Assembly (NCBI GenBank): GCA_000182565.2 | Contig: KQ257459.1 | Strand: one strand, 5' to 3' | Length of the DNA: 64,000 nt | From: Spizellomyces punctatus DAOM BR117 | Lineage: Eukaryota | Shown: positions 10,731 through 23,300 of the stretch, in pieces | Position numbering within the stretch: the first letter of the stretch is position 1 | How the letters are laid out: every line of letters begins with the position of its first letter | Program-made: the position numbers and the translations under genes | Notes under the pieces: model-generated | Databases searched by the model: none | What the model saw: only the letters and a program-made list of their open reading frames with translations | Told to the model about the DNA's origin: nothing

Positions 10731-12603
10731 ATGCCCAAACCCAAGTACAGATACACAACGTGCAGCGACAGCAAGGAGGTTATCCACACGACACTTGGAG
10801 CTGATGAGATCCTCAACCATCCATTACTCAACAAAGGGACAGCCTTTCCACGCAATGAACGCATCCAGTTGGGATTGCAGCTCCTTCTCCCAGAATCCGT
10901 ATTTTCTTTGGACGGCAAAGTAAAGCGGGCGTATCGTCAGTTTCGCCAGGAAGATTCAATGCTATTACAAAATACATTCATGAACAGCATGTTGGATCAA
11001 AACATGGTCTTATATTATAGGCTCCTGAAGGATCACTTGGAGGAAATGCTCCCCATCGTATATACGCCCACAGAAGCCAAGGCCATTGAAAACTACAGCC
11101 GCCTCTTCCGTAGACCGCGTGGAGTGTTCTTGTCGTACCCAGACAGGGACAGAATCAGCGAGTGGATCCAAGAGGTTTTGCCCGAGTATGCACCCGATGG
11201 CGTTGACATGATTGTCGTCACGGACGGGGAAATGATTCTCGGCATTGGAGATCAGGGAGTCGGCGGCATATGGATTTCCATAGCAAAGCTGTCTCTGTAC
11301 ACTGCTTTTGGAGGAATTCACCCCGCGCGGGTTCTGCCTGTAGTTCTCGATGTCGGAACAAATAACGAAAAGCTACGCAACGATCCCTTGTACACTGGGT
11401 GGAATCATGAGCGCATACGCGGGAAGGACTATTACGACTTTGTGGACAGATTTGTCAAGGCGAAACAGGAATTCATGCCTAATGCCGTGCTCCATTGGGA
11501 AGATTTTGGAAAGGAGAATGCTCGTGTGTTGTTGAACACGTATCGCGATGCCTTTTGTACGTACAATGATGACATGCAAGGTGAGCCCCATCGAGATTGA
11601 TGAGATATGACAAGAGCCAGAATGGAGGTGGACAGGAAAGGGTGTCTATGGGATCTACAGGATGTCCAACAGTATTGACACATCCTGCACACCTTTGGGC
11701 GTCTAGGAACGGCTGTCATTGTTCTCGCAAGCCTTCTCGCCGCTCTGAAACAAACCCAAACGACCTTCTCTTCCCACCGCATCGTCATCTTCGGTGCCGG
11801 AACAGCTGGCACGGGCATCGCAGATCTTATCGCCGCCTATGACCGCCAAGCCCATGACCACATCTACCTGGTCGACAAGGACGGGCTTATCACCGTAAAC
11901 TCAAACCCTACACTCACCCAACGCCCATACGCCAAAAACACAGGTCCCAAAACCTTTGAAGAAACAATGCGCACTGTCCGTCCTACCATCCTCATTGGCG
12001 TATCAACTTCCACAGGGGCGTTCACAAAGGATTTGGTTCAACATATGCCCGGCCCACACCCCATCATCTTCCCCCTCTCAAACCCCACGTCCCTTGCCGA
12101 AGCCGACCCCGCGGACCTCTTTTCTTACACAAACGGCACATGCGTTGTCGCAACGGGCGGTCCATCCCCGCCTGTGTCCTACGACGAAAGAACCTACCGC
12201 ATCGCAGAAGCCAACAACGCCTTTGCGTACCCCGGCATTGGACTCGGTTGTATCGTCTCCGGTGCAACGCGGTTGTCCGATGCCATGCTCATTGCTGCTG
12301 CCAAGGCGATTGCAGAACATGCCCCTGAGCGTAGGGAGGATGGGTTACTACCTGGCATTGACGAGTCGCGGGCAGTGTCGATGAGGGTTGCGTGCGCTGT
12401 TGCAGAAGAGGCGAGACGGGACGGTGTTGCAAGGAAGCTGGATGAAAAGAATCATGTTGAAGAGATGGTACGGAAAGCCATGTGGGAACCAGAGTATGTG
12501 CCCATTGTGAAGGTATGCTTTCTTTTTGCACCTGTTTCGGGCAAGTATGTGTGTGCTGAGTGAGTTATACGATTCTTGTTAGGTGCCTGCCCTCGATGAT
12601 TAA
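10731..12603 (+). CDS. MAE1: NAD(P)-dependent malic enzyme
   Basis: Motifs LNKGTAF, PIVYTPT, VVTDGEMILGIGDQG, LPVVLDVGTNN, HWEDFG, NDDMQ|GT, GAGTAG, PLSNPT, NNAFAYPGIGLG. Introns 11581-11706 and 12513-12582. Confidence 0.93.
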
Positions 12604-12849
12604 GTGGAGGTTAAGAATGGTCAATTGCATTGACGCTTGATTACCGTTTTGCCGACTGGAACAAGAGATGAAAGCATGTGGCACAACCTTAGTATGGGTG
12701 TATCTAGTTTGGCCTTATGGGTATGGTCTATTGGCACAACCTTTTTTGAAGAAATAACACTTGTTCACTTGTAGCTGCCGTACTTGCCTCTGTTGCCTCT
12801 CCTCCTTGAACTAATTTTATCTGCTATCATATACTTCGGACTAATGCCC

Positions 12850-13153
12850 TCAGCCTAAAAATACGCGCGAGATGACATTTCTTTTATCCACCTCCACATT
12901 GACTCTTTCAGGTCTAAAATCCATTGTCCGCATTCCGCCCTGGGCAAGGACACGGTTGGGTTTTGGGAGGTCGTCCAATGTCACGACCTGAAATTGGTGT
13001 CAATGCGTAACAACACATGTGTGTTTCACAGAAGAGCACAGGGAAAACTACCTGTTGTTGTGGAATGCCTGAAGCGAGTACCGCTTCAACTGTATTGGGG
13101 GGTTGGACGAGGTGCTTTCCTACAAAGTGCTGATATTCGGCCGAGGCAGACAT
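12850..13153 (-). CDS. Peptidase inhibitor I78-family small protein (~79 aa)
   Basis: Exons 13153-13052 and 12987-12850. C-terminus LPKPNRVLAQGGMRTMDFRPERVNVEVDKRNVISRVFLG carries the I78/potato-inhibitor-like TMDFRPERxNV signature. Confidence 0.8.
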
Positions 13154-13837
13154 TGAGGTGTCAATCTGTGAAATGTCTAAAGGGCACGCTTGTATTGCCG
13201 CCCATTAAATTGAGGTCATTGGCTGATGACTCAGACGCATTGTGGCTTTTTGTCAGTGTTCAAATGCGCTGTCAAGTATCATGAAATATACGGCAATTGA
13301 AATCAAGGAATGGAAGATAAATCAGTGAGCATTGTGGGAGGGGGTTTGGTTGAGTTACATGCCAGAGATTGGCCTTTTCCTGGGTAATAGCTAAATTATT
13401 CACGAACTGATGCGATAAATTGCCTGTTTCTTTTCAATGGCCAACTAGTGTGAATGCTGCCCACTTGCTTCTATCACGTACAGTCATCTAATATATTAAA
13501 GAGATTGTCCTAAACTTGTTTCTTTGGAGATTGAGAGGACGGGCGCCTCTGATTGGGGAATATCAGTCTGCTGCGAAACGACTTAGACATGGCAAGACTG
13601 GTTAATAACCCGCAACTAGTCGCCCTGGGAATCTATGCGTTATTGGCTAAAAGTACAAGAATTTATGCATGATAAAACTGAATTTCAGCACTATAAAAGA
13701 TCCAAGAGTTTGTTCGATTTGACCCCAGTGAGGTACTTTTATATTATCAACAGTGCATAAATAAGGTTCATGGTTCCATCCACCCTATCCATCACATATC
13801 GAGCCCGTAGTGTCGCTTGTGTGTGATCTTCTGCCTC

Positions 13838-16800
13838 TTACCCTACCGCTTGTTGAACCTTCGCTGAAAGCTCTCTTCCAGTGTTTTCAATGTCATTTAC
13901 TGAAGGTGTCCCCGCGCCAGAGTCTTCGATTTCTTCGGTAGCAAGATCAAGTAGTTCATTGTCGGACATAATGGCTGATTCGTGATCCTTTCCGATATCA
14001 GATGTAACTCGCACACCATGGTCCGACGTATCATCCTCAGGTCGTAGGGTATCTGGATGCGCTGCTCCATCCTGCTGTTCATCGAGATTGGAGGTTTTAT
14101 TCTCTACTGGATGTGTCTTCTCGTCCAAACCCACATTTATCCACGCACGTAACCGACTATGACGCCGTTCAGTTGGTTTTGTGACCCGTTCTCTCGTGCG
14201 TGTCCGTCCATCCCGAGAATGTCCGGATGTGGCCGCATGCCGATCGTCCTGAGGTTGTTCCTTTTGCTGTCCTTCACTTTGCTTTACTCCGGCTTTCAAC
14301 ATCAAAGTATATGTGAAAATATCTGCCTTGGCCCCCGCCTTTTCCATTTCCTTCCAAACCGCAAAGGCAGCATCTCGGTCCCCTATCGTCACGTATCCAG
14401 ACATTAAGGCATTCCACAGTCGTGTATCGGGTTGGATGCCCACGTCGATGCACTTGTCAAACCATTGTCGTGCGCTTCCCACATCTCCCTTGTATCCAAA
14501 AGCACGTACCAACATGTCAAACGTTCGGATATCGGGTGTCATCTGCTTAACTTCTGTTGCGAATTCATACTCCTTTACGGCATCCGAGGCGCTCCCCTGT
14601 TTCCAATAAGCTTCGATGAAAGCATTATGCGATTGGAATGTGGGTGTGAGGTGACCAAGGGAGAGCAGATGACGCTGAATACTTCGGGCACGGTCGAAAT
14701 CGGAACGGCGCGCATGGAGATTGATCATTGGAATGTATGTGCGTTCATCAGGTTCCAGACCCGCAGAAAGCATTTCCCGGTATCGGTCGCTAGCTCCGAT
14801 AGCATCCAATCGATTCGACTCAAGTTTAATTAGGATATTAAACGTAATCCGATCTGGTTGTAGGCCGCGATCAATCATTTCCGCGTAAATCCTCATGGCA
14901 CCTTCTCGATCTTGGTTTCGGGCTAAAGCATTGATCATAATGTTGAACGTCTCCACAGAGATCTTAATCTTCTTACTAACGAATGATCGAAAGACTTCCT
15001 CAGCAGTTTCAATATTGCCTACATGACCGTATCCATTGATCAGGGTGTTGTATGTAATTTCCGTGGCTGGGAAACCAGATCGTTGCATTTCTTCAACGAT
15101 TTTATGAGCTCCACTCATATCGCGCGACTGGCAGTAAGCGTGTAGGAGGATGTGCCAAATATAATAATTAGGCTTCCATCCGGCATTCACCATATCCTCT
15201 AGATACGTGCGCACTTTGACGAGGTTTCCCTTCTGCGCATGCGCTGCCATAACGGTCCCATAAAGAATAATGTCGGGTTCTATCTCACTCTGACGTAAAT
15301 GGGCAAAAACTTCGTCTACTGCCGATATGTCGTTCGCCGCACTACACGCGGATATCGCAATAGTGTAAGTCGCCACATCGGGGTATAGGCCTCTCTTGAG
15401 CATTTCGTCAAATAATTGCTTGACACGAGGTAACTCTTTTCGATTGAGGTAAGCGGTCATGAAAATATTGTATAACATCACTCCTGGCTTGAAGCCTGCA
15501 GCAATCATATCCTCATACACCTCCATTGCCTCCCCCATCGCATTCTTTTCCTCGTCGCCTGCCTTTTGGTCTCCACTGACCGGGTATGTAGTACGCTCTC
15601 GTGAGTCTTGTTGCAGGAAATCCCTCTTAACTCGCCCACCTCCCAATAATGCGAATATTATGGTTTCGTATGTCACTCTTGAGGGACGTACATTTGCCGC
15701 AATCATGTTGCGAAAGGTTCTAATGACCGCAGATCGGTCGCCGCACTTGCTATACCCAAAGATTAGCATCGTCCAAGTTATAAAGTTCGGGGGTAACACT
15801 TTCTCCTCCATCTCCTTCACACACTGCAAGGCGCGGCGAATGTCGCCCGCCTGGATATAACCATGGATAATAGCATTGAAGGTGCTGACTGTAGCCGCAA
15901 AAGGAAAAGACTCTGACTCTTTCGTCGAACGCACTTGTGCTTTGCCTTCCACATGTTCCGCCAACCACGTCCTAGCAGCATCCACACCATATTCCACGAT
16001 CCGCGCACGAAGAAGGATATTATATGTTTCAGTCCGTGGAGTAATCCCATTTTCTATCGCTCCTTGCAAAATCTTCGTACAGATGTCTGAGGCACCAGCT
16101 TCACCAATATGTGCAGACATTAATGCCTCATAACCACGAAGAGATGCCGGACGTCCGCATTCTTGCAGTGTATTCATAACAAGCATAACTCGATTTACTC
16201 GTTCTTCACAAGGCACGCGCGACCGTTTCACTATTTCAAAGAGGACCGTGAAATCATGGTTTCGCAACGCCTTGAGCTCGTGTGGTATGGTTTCAGCCAG
16301 GTTCTTGAACGCTTTCCAAACACGAGAGGTCAAGTAGTGTGCGTCAGGCGTGATACATCCATCATCTGCTTTGATTTGTAGCTCCAGTTCAGACAAGAGT
16401 CGCAATAGTTCTGCCACAGTGGCCGGGGGGTTGCATTCCTTTTGAATCGGTTCGCCTGATGTGCCATCGTCCAACTGGTCAGACAACAGGATACGCTCTG
16501 CATCTACACCTTGTTCCAAAGCAGACTCAAGTTGCTCAATCGGATCAGCCGAAGATTTCATGGCTGAAGTGAAGTGGATGGCGCGGCCTTGGGCGGGTTG
16601 GTTAAGATGTCCCCGGCGGTGGTGATGAACGTGAAGACGATTGAGAACTTCCTTATAATGGGTGAGGGAGGTATTTACTGGGAATCTTCTAGATGGGATG
16701 TTTCCTCGAAGCCGTCTAGCTCCGCAATCTGCAATATCGCTTTCGGTCGTAGCTATCTGGTCACGAGTTCTTGGAGATCCTGTGAACTTGGCTGAAGGTT

Positions 16801-17071
16801 CCGGCATTGCAGCTCGCAAAGACGGATGTTCAAGTGGACGTAACGTCCACTGCCCTGTTCCTTTTCCTTGAAATTGCTTACCCGTTGAAGCGCAACGGCG
16901 TCTTGGTTGGTGCCTGTGGTGTGGTGCGGTAGACGACTCCATGAACCAATCCAGAAACGACTTCCATGGATCGCCAGAGTGGCCATTGGAAGCGGAAGCA
17001 AGGGTGCGAGATGTCTGCCGTCCTGCATGACAGCATGGTTTTGCACGAACTGGGGTGCGTCCCCAGAGCAT
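13838..17071 (-). CDS. Pentatricopeptide repeat (PPR) protein, probably mitochondrial
   Basis: Many 35-aa PPR repeats (e.g. TFNIMINALARNQDREGAMRIYAEMIDRGLQPDRI). First ATG 17071 is followed by an Arg/Ser-rich presequence-like N-terminus. Confidence 0.92.
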   Translation of the reverse strand: MLWGRTPVRAKPCCHAGRQTSRTLASASNGHSGDPWKSFLDWFMESSTAPHHRHQPRRRCASTGKQFQGKGTGQWTLRPLEHPSLRAAMPEPSAKFTGSPRTRDQIATTESDIADCGARRLRGNIPSRRFPVNTSLTHYKEVLNRLHVHHHRRGHLNQPAQGRAIHFTSAMKSSADPIEQLESALEQGVDAERILLSDQLDDGTSGEPIQKECNPPATVAELLRLLSELELQIKADDGCITPDAHYLTSRVWKAFKNLAETIPHELKALRNHDFTVLFEIVKRSRVPCEERVNRVMLVMNTLQECGRPASLRGYEALMSAHIGEAGASDICTKILQGAIENGITPRTETYNILLRARIVEYGVDAARTWLAEHVEGKAQVRSTKESESFPFAATVSTFNAIIHGYIQAGDIRRALQCVKEMEEKVLPPNFITWTMLIFGYSKCGDRSAVIRTFRNMIAANVRPSRVTYETIIFALLGGGRVKRDFLQQDSRERTTYPVSGDQKAGDEEKNAMGEAMEVYEDMIAAGFKPGVMLYNIFMTAYLNRKELPRVKQLFDEMLKRGLYPDVATYTIAISACSAANDISAVDEVFAHLRQSEIEPDIILYGTVMAAHAQKGNLVKVRTYLEDMVNAGWKPNYYIWHILLHAYCQSRDMSGAHKIVEEMQRSGFPATEITYNTLINGYGHVGNIETAEEVFRSFVSKKIKISVETFNIMINALARNQDREGAMRIYAEMIDRGLQPDRITFNILIKLESNRLDAIGASDRYREMLSAGLEPDERTYIPMINLHARRSDFDRARSIQRHLLSLGHLTPTFQSHNAFIEAYWKQGSASDAVKEYEFATEVKQMTPDIRTFDMLVRAFGYKGDVGSARQWFDKCIDVGIQPDTRLWNALMSGYVTIGDRDAAFAVWKEMEKAGAKADIFTYTLMLKAGVKQSEGQQKEQPQDDRHAATSGHSRDGRTRTRERVTKPTERRHSRLRAWINVGLDEKTHPVENKTSNLDEQQDGAAHPDTLRPEDDTSDHGVRVTSDIGKDHESAIMSDNELLDLATEEIEDSGAGTPSVNDIENTGRELSAKVQQAVG

Positions 17072-17445
17072 CGCTATACTGGCATCAAGTAACCCTTGTA
17101 GCAAAACCCTGATCTGGTCGCTGCTGCCCGACAATAAAACACGTGATATTAATCTGCGTCACAGCCAAGGCGTCGCTATGCGCGGTGTCCAAGTACCAGG
17201 CTTGATCGCCGAGCTTTCATTGCCCTCGATTCCGTCCTATTTTTAGATTTTTATGCTTATGTTTAGATTATGCTTTGCTGTCTCCCATTGTCTTGTAGCT
17301 CTGGTGTGTGATGAGATGTTTAGAGTTGTTTTGCTGTGGGGCAATGCCCCATAGATAATGCAGGAGACATTAAAAGGAGGAATCAGACAGTCGAGCGAGA
17401 ACTTCATAAGCACCTCCGTTTGCTACATTCTATTATACACTCATC

Positions 17446-18483
17446 ATGGCTGCCGAACTGCCCGACAATGTACCACCTCCGCCACGCAGTCTAGAGATTA
17501 TCATGGTGTGCATATCGGCGGTCGCGGTGCTGGTTGCAACCTGGAACCTCTTTCTGCCTTTGCAACCTTTCCTACGTCGAACGCAAACCACGAAAACCTA
17601 CTTTGATTATGTATATTTATTTTGTATTGTGGGAATATGGCTCTATTCCCTGTTCACCGTGGCTGTTTGTTTTATGATGGATGAGGAGGGAATGCGCACG
17701 CATTGGATTGTTATGGTGTTTTACGATTGGTCATGGTACCTTTCATCAGTGTTCTATATCTGGTTTATCCTACGAAGATTCCAACTGGTGTGGGCGGCAA
17801 TCCAGAGAGTGGAAACGTCCTTGACTGCACAGAAATGGTGGATCAGGAATATGGAATGGCTTCCTGTGGGTATATGGTTTTGCACAGGGTTCCTCGTTGC
17901 AACATCGAACACTATTGCGGCTTTCTTTGCCCCACACGTACCGAACTGGTTGGCAACCTACAGGGACTCTAAAGGCGTTGTCTTGTCCTTCAGTTGGCAT
18001 TCTTGTGCTCAGGCGATCGATTTGGGTGTGTCCATCTACTTGTTCCGAACACTGAACAAGGTAGCCGGAGGAATCAAGCAAGACATTCGGGGCAGAATTC
18101 CTAAGACGGATGCTGATCTTGAAATTAGTATGGGCACCTCCGCTAGCATGGGGCCATCTACAACACTAGACTCTACGAGAAAGCAGTTCAGTCAGACGCC
18201 TTCCAAGGAGCCATTGGCGCCCTCAAAGGGATCATCCCAAGAAGTGCTTGCCTTATTACGGACGACTGGCAAGGGCATGTTCATTGCGGCCTTTCTCAGT
18301 CTGGGCGGATCATTAGTACACATATTAACCGAATTTCTCCTTAACGACCCAAACAACATCTATTCGTATCCGTATCGAATTATAAGGCACTTTACGTGGA
18401 CAGTCCCCGTATATCACGCCACGTTCTCGTGGATGTACATTCGAGCAGTGCGCGAGTTGATGTCAAAGATACAACGACGATAG
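17446..18483 (+). CDS. Orphan seven-transmembrane (GPCR-like) protein
   Basis: Intronless 345-aa ORF with about 7 hydrophobic segments and a long S/T-rich loop between TM5 and TM6. Confidence 0.7.
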   Translation: MAAELPDNVPPPPRSLEIIMVCISAVAVLVATWNLFLPLQPFLRRTQTTKTYFDYVYLFCIVGIWLYSLFTVAVCFMMDEEGMRTHWIVMVFYDWSWYLSSVFYIWFILRRFQLVWAAIQRVETSLTAQKWWIRNMEWLPVGIWFCTGFLVATSNTIAAFFAPHVPNWLATYRDSKGVVLSFSWHSCAQAIDLGVSIYLFRTLNKVAGGIKQDIRGRIPKTDADLEISMGTSASMGPSTTLDSTRKQFSQTPSKEPLAPSKGSSQEVLALLRTTGKGMFIAAFLSLGGSLVHILTEFLLNDPNNIYSYPYRIIRHFTWTVPVYHATFSWMYIRAVRELMSKIQRR

Positions 18484-19237
18484 TTTTAAATAGTGAGGAA
18501 TAGAACGATAGATGTATGGGTCGCTTTCTGGATTTCTTAAGAAATTTTTCCCTCGTCGCCCCAGTTCTATCGCCAGCATTGTGAGTTTCAAGAGGCGGCA
18601 ATGGGTTGTGTATAGGCAATACAGCATACGCACGGAATCGTTAATAGGACCTGGCTGCATCAAATCCGCATTCGCATTAGCAAGAAGAATACATTAAATG
18701 TTTGGCTTGGTCTACACATGAGGCCCAAAACGAGTATCTATGACTGTGCATGTTAACAAGACGCCGGGTCAATGCTTCCTTAGTTCATTGCTTCAGATAA
18801 GTTCCCTCCTTTTACCGATTAGGCCTAACCCTACTCGCAGTCTAAACAATGCGAGCTGCTTATTGGAGAAATATTGGAATTCCTGCAAGATTATTGCGTG
18901 GAACATCCATGTCATTTTATGGGATGAAACTCTCAAGCAAAGGAAACTTAAACTCTGTTGAGGGAAGGGTTTTGAATTTCCTCACTTCAATTGAATGCAA
19001 CCGGATTTAGTGTTCAATTGAATTGCATGGAATTAATCAGGTGTGCGAAGCAATAACCGCAATAAGCGTGATTCGAATATCTCAACTGGTTAAATTCAAG
19101 TAATGAGGTCATCCTCGTGAAACAGATGAACAGATGATACACTTTGCCCTTCTACTAAAAAAAACCTAAATAACCATGTTAAAAGGATTTCATTCAAAGT
19201 GCTTCTTTATACGCCAAAATTCAAGGCAACGATCAAG

Positions 19238-19782
19238 ATGGGCTTGATGGATTGGATGCGAACTGCTGCAGGTGGATCCCGGGCCAGAGCCGTCAATGAC
19301 TGGAAAGCAAACGGTGGGTCAGGCTGGGTAAGTCAAAAGATTATTGAATTGTAGGAGAAGGCTAGCTCATAACCTGGTTCGTTATTCTACAGATAGTGGA
19401 TCATTCAGATCCTTCTTTCCTTTTCGAAACCTACTTGCCACCATTGGGAACGACGATATTGACGCCCGTCAGTCCCGTTCCGCCACGCTGTCAAAACTAC
19501 TTTACTCGACAGATCAGCAGCTGTATAACCCAGTATACCGAAGCTGAAGCAGAGGCTTTTGTTATTCGTAGTAACCTGCATGCGACATCTTTTCCCTTTC
19601 CACCTTCTCTTGACCAAGCACTGATCGCTGAGCGTAAAGTTGAGAATGCTCTGTATATCTTGGCGGTGGCTAGATCACTTGCCCGCGGAATTGTACCAGA
19701 GAATGTCGTAGTGGCGGTGAGAAGGACGGACTTTAAGAGCGGTTTCACGTCCATCCGATGGGAGATTGCCAGTCAGGGCTAG
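19238..19782 (+). CDS. Hypothetical protein (2 exons)
   Basis: ATG 19238 (MGLMDWMRTAAGG…GSGW); intron 19328-19392 (GTAAGT…CTACAG) joins in frame to ORF 19396-19782. Confidence 0.55.
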
Positions 19783-20391
19783 CATGTGAGTTGGCATCTG
19801 TAAATAGTCACATTGTAGATATAGCTTCCCTGTATATGCGAAGGCACTTGTATTTTGAGACCTGACAAAAGTAATAGGAATATACTGGTATTTTGAAATC
19901 TGACAAAACTCTTCTGGACCCACTACATGGTTCGTTTACGCTTTCTCAAATCGGCAGCACGACATCGTGTGTTCTCGTTTTGGTCGACGAGTGTCCACAG
20001 CAGCTTTGGTTGGGTTGGTTGGGCGGTCCCCCCTCAGTGGTGTTCACAGCCTTTGTTGCTGGTACTGAGACAAACGCTGAAAACACAATCAGCTGGATAT
20101 GCATGACTTTCCATTTGACGCTGTTCAGTCCGTCTCCAACGAGAAACATTTCCATGCGTATGGATTGCATTGCTTCCAGCTTCCTTCTACCCTTCAACCG
20201 CTGATCCTTTCTACTTGTCCCACATGCATCTGGCCAAATATCACACTTTGGAAGATTCCGATCAGATTACGTAATAAAGAACAATTTCAAATCCACGGTC
20301 GCCCACGGTCTTCAGATTTCGTTTATAACTTTCGGATGAATTCCAAGGACTCTCCTCCAAAACTCGTTTTATTTTGGAGGTTATTGTAGAC

Positions 20392-23300
20392 ATGGTGGAG
20401 GTGGAAAAGGACGGGCTCGTCGGTCGCATCTCCTACCATCAACTCTATCGGCATGCAGACTATAAGCCCTTGCTGCTTATGGCGTTGGGCTCCCTCTCAG
20501 CTGGAGTCGCTGGGTGCACACGACCATTAATGACGCTCATCTTTGCGGGTCTCGTAGATGCATTTACAGAGTATCAGAGAGGTGTCACCCAGAGAGACGT
20601 CTTTGAAGGAGTCTTGGAAACACATGTCTTGTACTTTGTCTACCTGGCTGTTGGCATGTTTATCACAAGTTATCTCCAAATGGTATGTATCTACTCTCCT
20701 AGCGCTAGCCAAAGATTGACAGAGAAAGGGTTCACAGAGCTCAGAGATAGAGATACAATGGACAAGGAATACCAATGGGTTTATGCGAGCTTGCATTATA
20801 TAATAGAATTAGAAGGGATAAACTACATATGCAAGGGTACACAGTGCCGACAGTGCGGCATCCAACATCATGACAAGTAATGTATATATTGAGCTATTGG
20901 CTTTTGCCAATACATACATGACTTGAATATCTATTTCTCGTTTGTGTCTATGGTAATACCTCTTGAGTGGAATGGATGGAACGTCCCTCAGTGAGGGACT
21001 GCATGGCTTTATGGATTGTACTCTTTACTCACCCGATTTTCGCACTTAGTTATGCTGGGATCTTTCTTCCAACCGCCAAACAAATCTCATCCGCACGCTA
21101 TACCTCACCGCCATCCTCCGCCAATCCCGCTCCTTTTTCGATACCCATAATGCAGGCGAACTCTCATCCCGCCTCACCTCTGATATGGACCTTATCCAGA
21201 ACGGGATCGGGGAAAAAGTCGGCATGTTTGTGCAGGCTTTCTGTACATTGATTGCGGCTCTCGTGATTGCTTTTGTGCAGAGTTGGAGGGTTACCTTGGT
21301 CCTGTGTGGATTGTTTCCCTTAATGGGGGCATGTAATGTTATATGTAATCGGATGGCTGCGAGGTATGGTATTGGAGCCCTGAAAGCGTATGCGGAGGTG
21401 AGTACACATAGCATAGTGCGTCTCGCAATCGTGAGACAAGAAAACTTTCGGAGGGATAGCGAGCGTTGTTAGTGTGGCGAGAGTTTTAGGTGGAGCGAAT
21501 GAGAGGGAGGGATGAGTGAGAGGGACATGCGGTATGGACACTGTCGCTCACCAACGCATCCATTCCAATAGGCAAATAACGTTGTGGAAGAAGCGTTATC
21601 ATCCATTCGCACTGTCATGTCCCTTGGCGCAGAACAGCGCGCCGTGGGCGACTTTACAGAACGTCTCGAAACGGCTGAGCACCTTGGCTCTCGCAAAGCA
21701 AAAGCACAAGGCCTAGGCACAGGAGGTGTCCAACTGTGCATGTACCTTGCCTACTCTATTGCCTTTTTTTACGGGAGTTTTTTGATTGTTGGTGGAGAGC
21801 TCACACCAGGTCGCCTTGTTGCGGTGTACTTTGCCTTGGTGATTGGAACTATGAGAATGAGTGCGTGTGGGGCCTAGCATAGTGGTCTTGTCAGCGCCCC
21901 TATACAGCGACTTACAGTGTTTATTTCAAACAGGCAGCATTGCACCCGAAATTGCGGCATTCGGCAATGCATGTTCTGCCGCATACGCCATCTTCCACTT
22001 GATTGATCGCGAACCCGATATTGCCAGACCGCGCGATCCGACAGCAGAGCCTCTCCGACCGGGTACCATCGTCGGGCGTCTGTCGTTTGAAGGTGTTCAG
22101 TTCAAGTATCCGTCGCGACCTGACGTGGTAGTGCTGGATGACGTCTCGTTTCAAGTAGAGCCGGGCAAGACGGTGGCCCTTGTTGGCCAGAGTGGTAAGT
22201 GAAGCTATGTATCCCATTTTTCCGAAATAACAGTACCGTAACATTCATGTATAGGAAGTGGAAAGTCGACCATTGTTGCGCTCCTCGAGCGATGGTATGA
22301 ACCTTTAGCCGGCAAAGTATCTGTCGACGGCCATGAGCTCCGAGACCTGGACATGACATGGTGGCGCCAACAGATCGGATTCGTCTCTCAAGAGCCTGTC
22401 CTTTTCGACCTTACCATCTCTGAAAACGTTGCCCTGGGGGCTCCAGCCGACACAACACCCAGCGAGGAGGATATTATCCAAGCATGCAAAATGGCCAACG
22501 CACACACATTCATCGAAAAGCTCCCGGATGGGTACAATACCCTTGTAGGCGAACGTGGGGCCCTCCTGAGCGGTGGGCAAAAACAGCGCATTGCAATAGC
22601 GCGGGCCTTGATCCGCAACCCAAAGATCCTCCTCCTAGATGAAGCCACAAGCGCTCTAGACAGTACAAGTGAAAAGCTCGTCCAAGACGCGCTCGAACGC
22701 GCCTCTATTGGGAGAACGACAGTGGTTGTCGCGCATCGGCTGAGTACCATTCGAAATGCCGATACCATTATCGTCATGAACAAGGGTCACATTATCGAGG
22801 AAGGCAATCATCGAATGCTCGTGGAGCGGAATGGGGTGTATAAGCGGTTGGTGGATATGCAGCAAGTAGCGATGGATGCGCAAGAGGACGACGACAAAAA
22901 AGTCCCGGTCGACTATCCTAACATTGAAAGTGACGATCAGGTCGAATCAGAACCCACCCGAAATGACGAACCCGACCTTGAAAAGGGTTCTATAGCCATT
23001 TCAGAAGTGTCACCCCACACCAAGGCTTTTTACAGCCGTATCCTCGCCCTACACCGTCCCGAGCTCTCACTGGTGACCGCCGGAGTCATTTGTGCCATTC
23101 TAGGAGGCGCCATCTTCCCGACATACGCCGTTCTCTACGGCTATATTTTACAAGTCTTTACCCTCACCGACTTGTCCGAAATGCGTCGACAAGCCAACCA
23201 CTGGGCAGCCGGGTTCTTGGTTATTGCCGTGGTAGCTGGCATCGCCAACTATGGCGTGCACGCACTCTTTGGATGTACTGGCGAACGTGTTACCTCTCGT

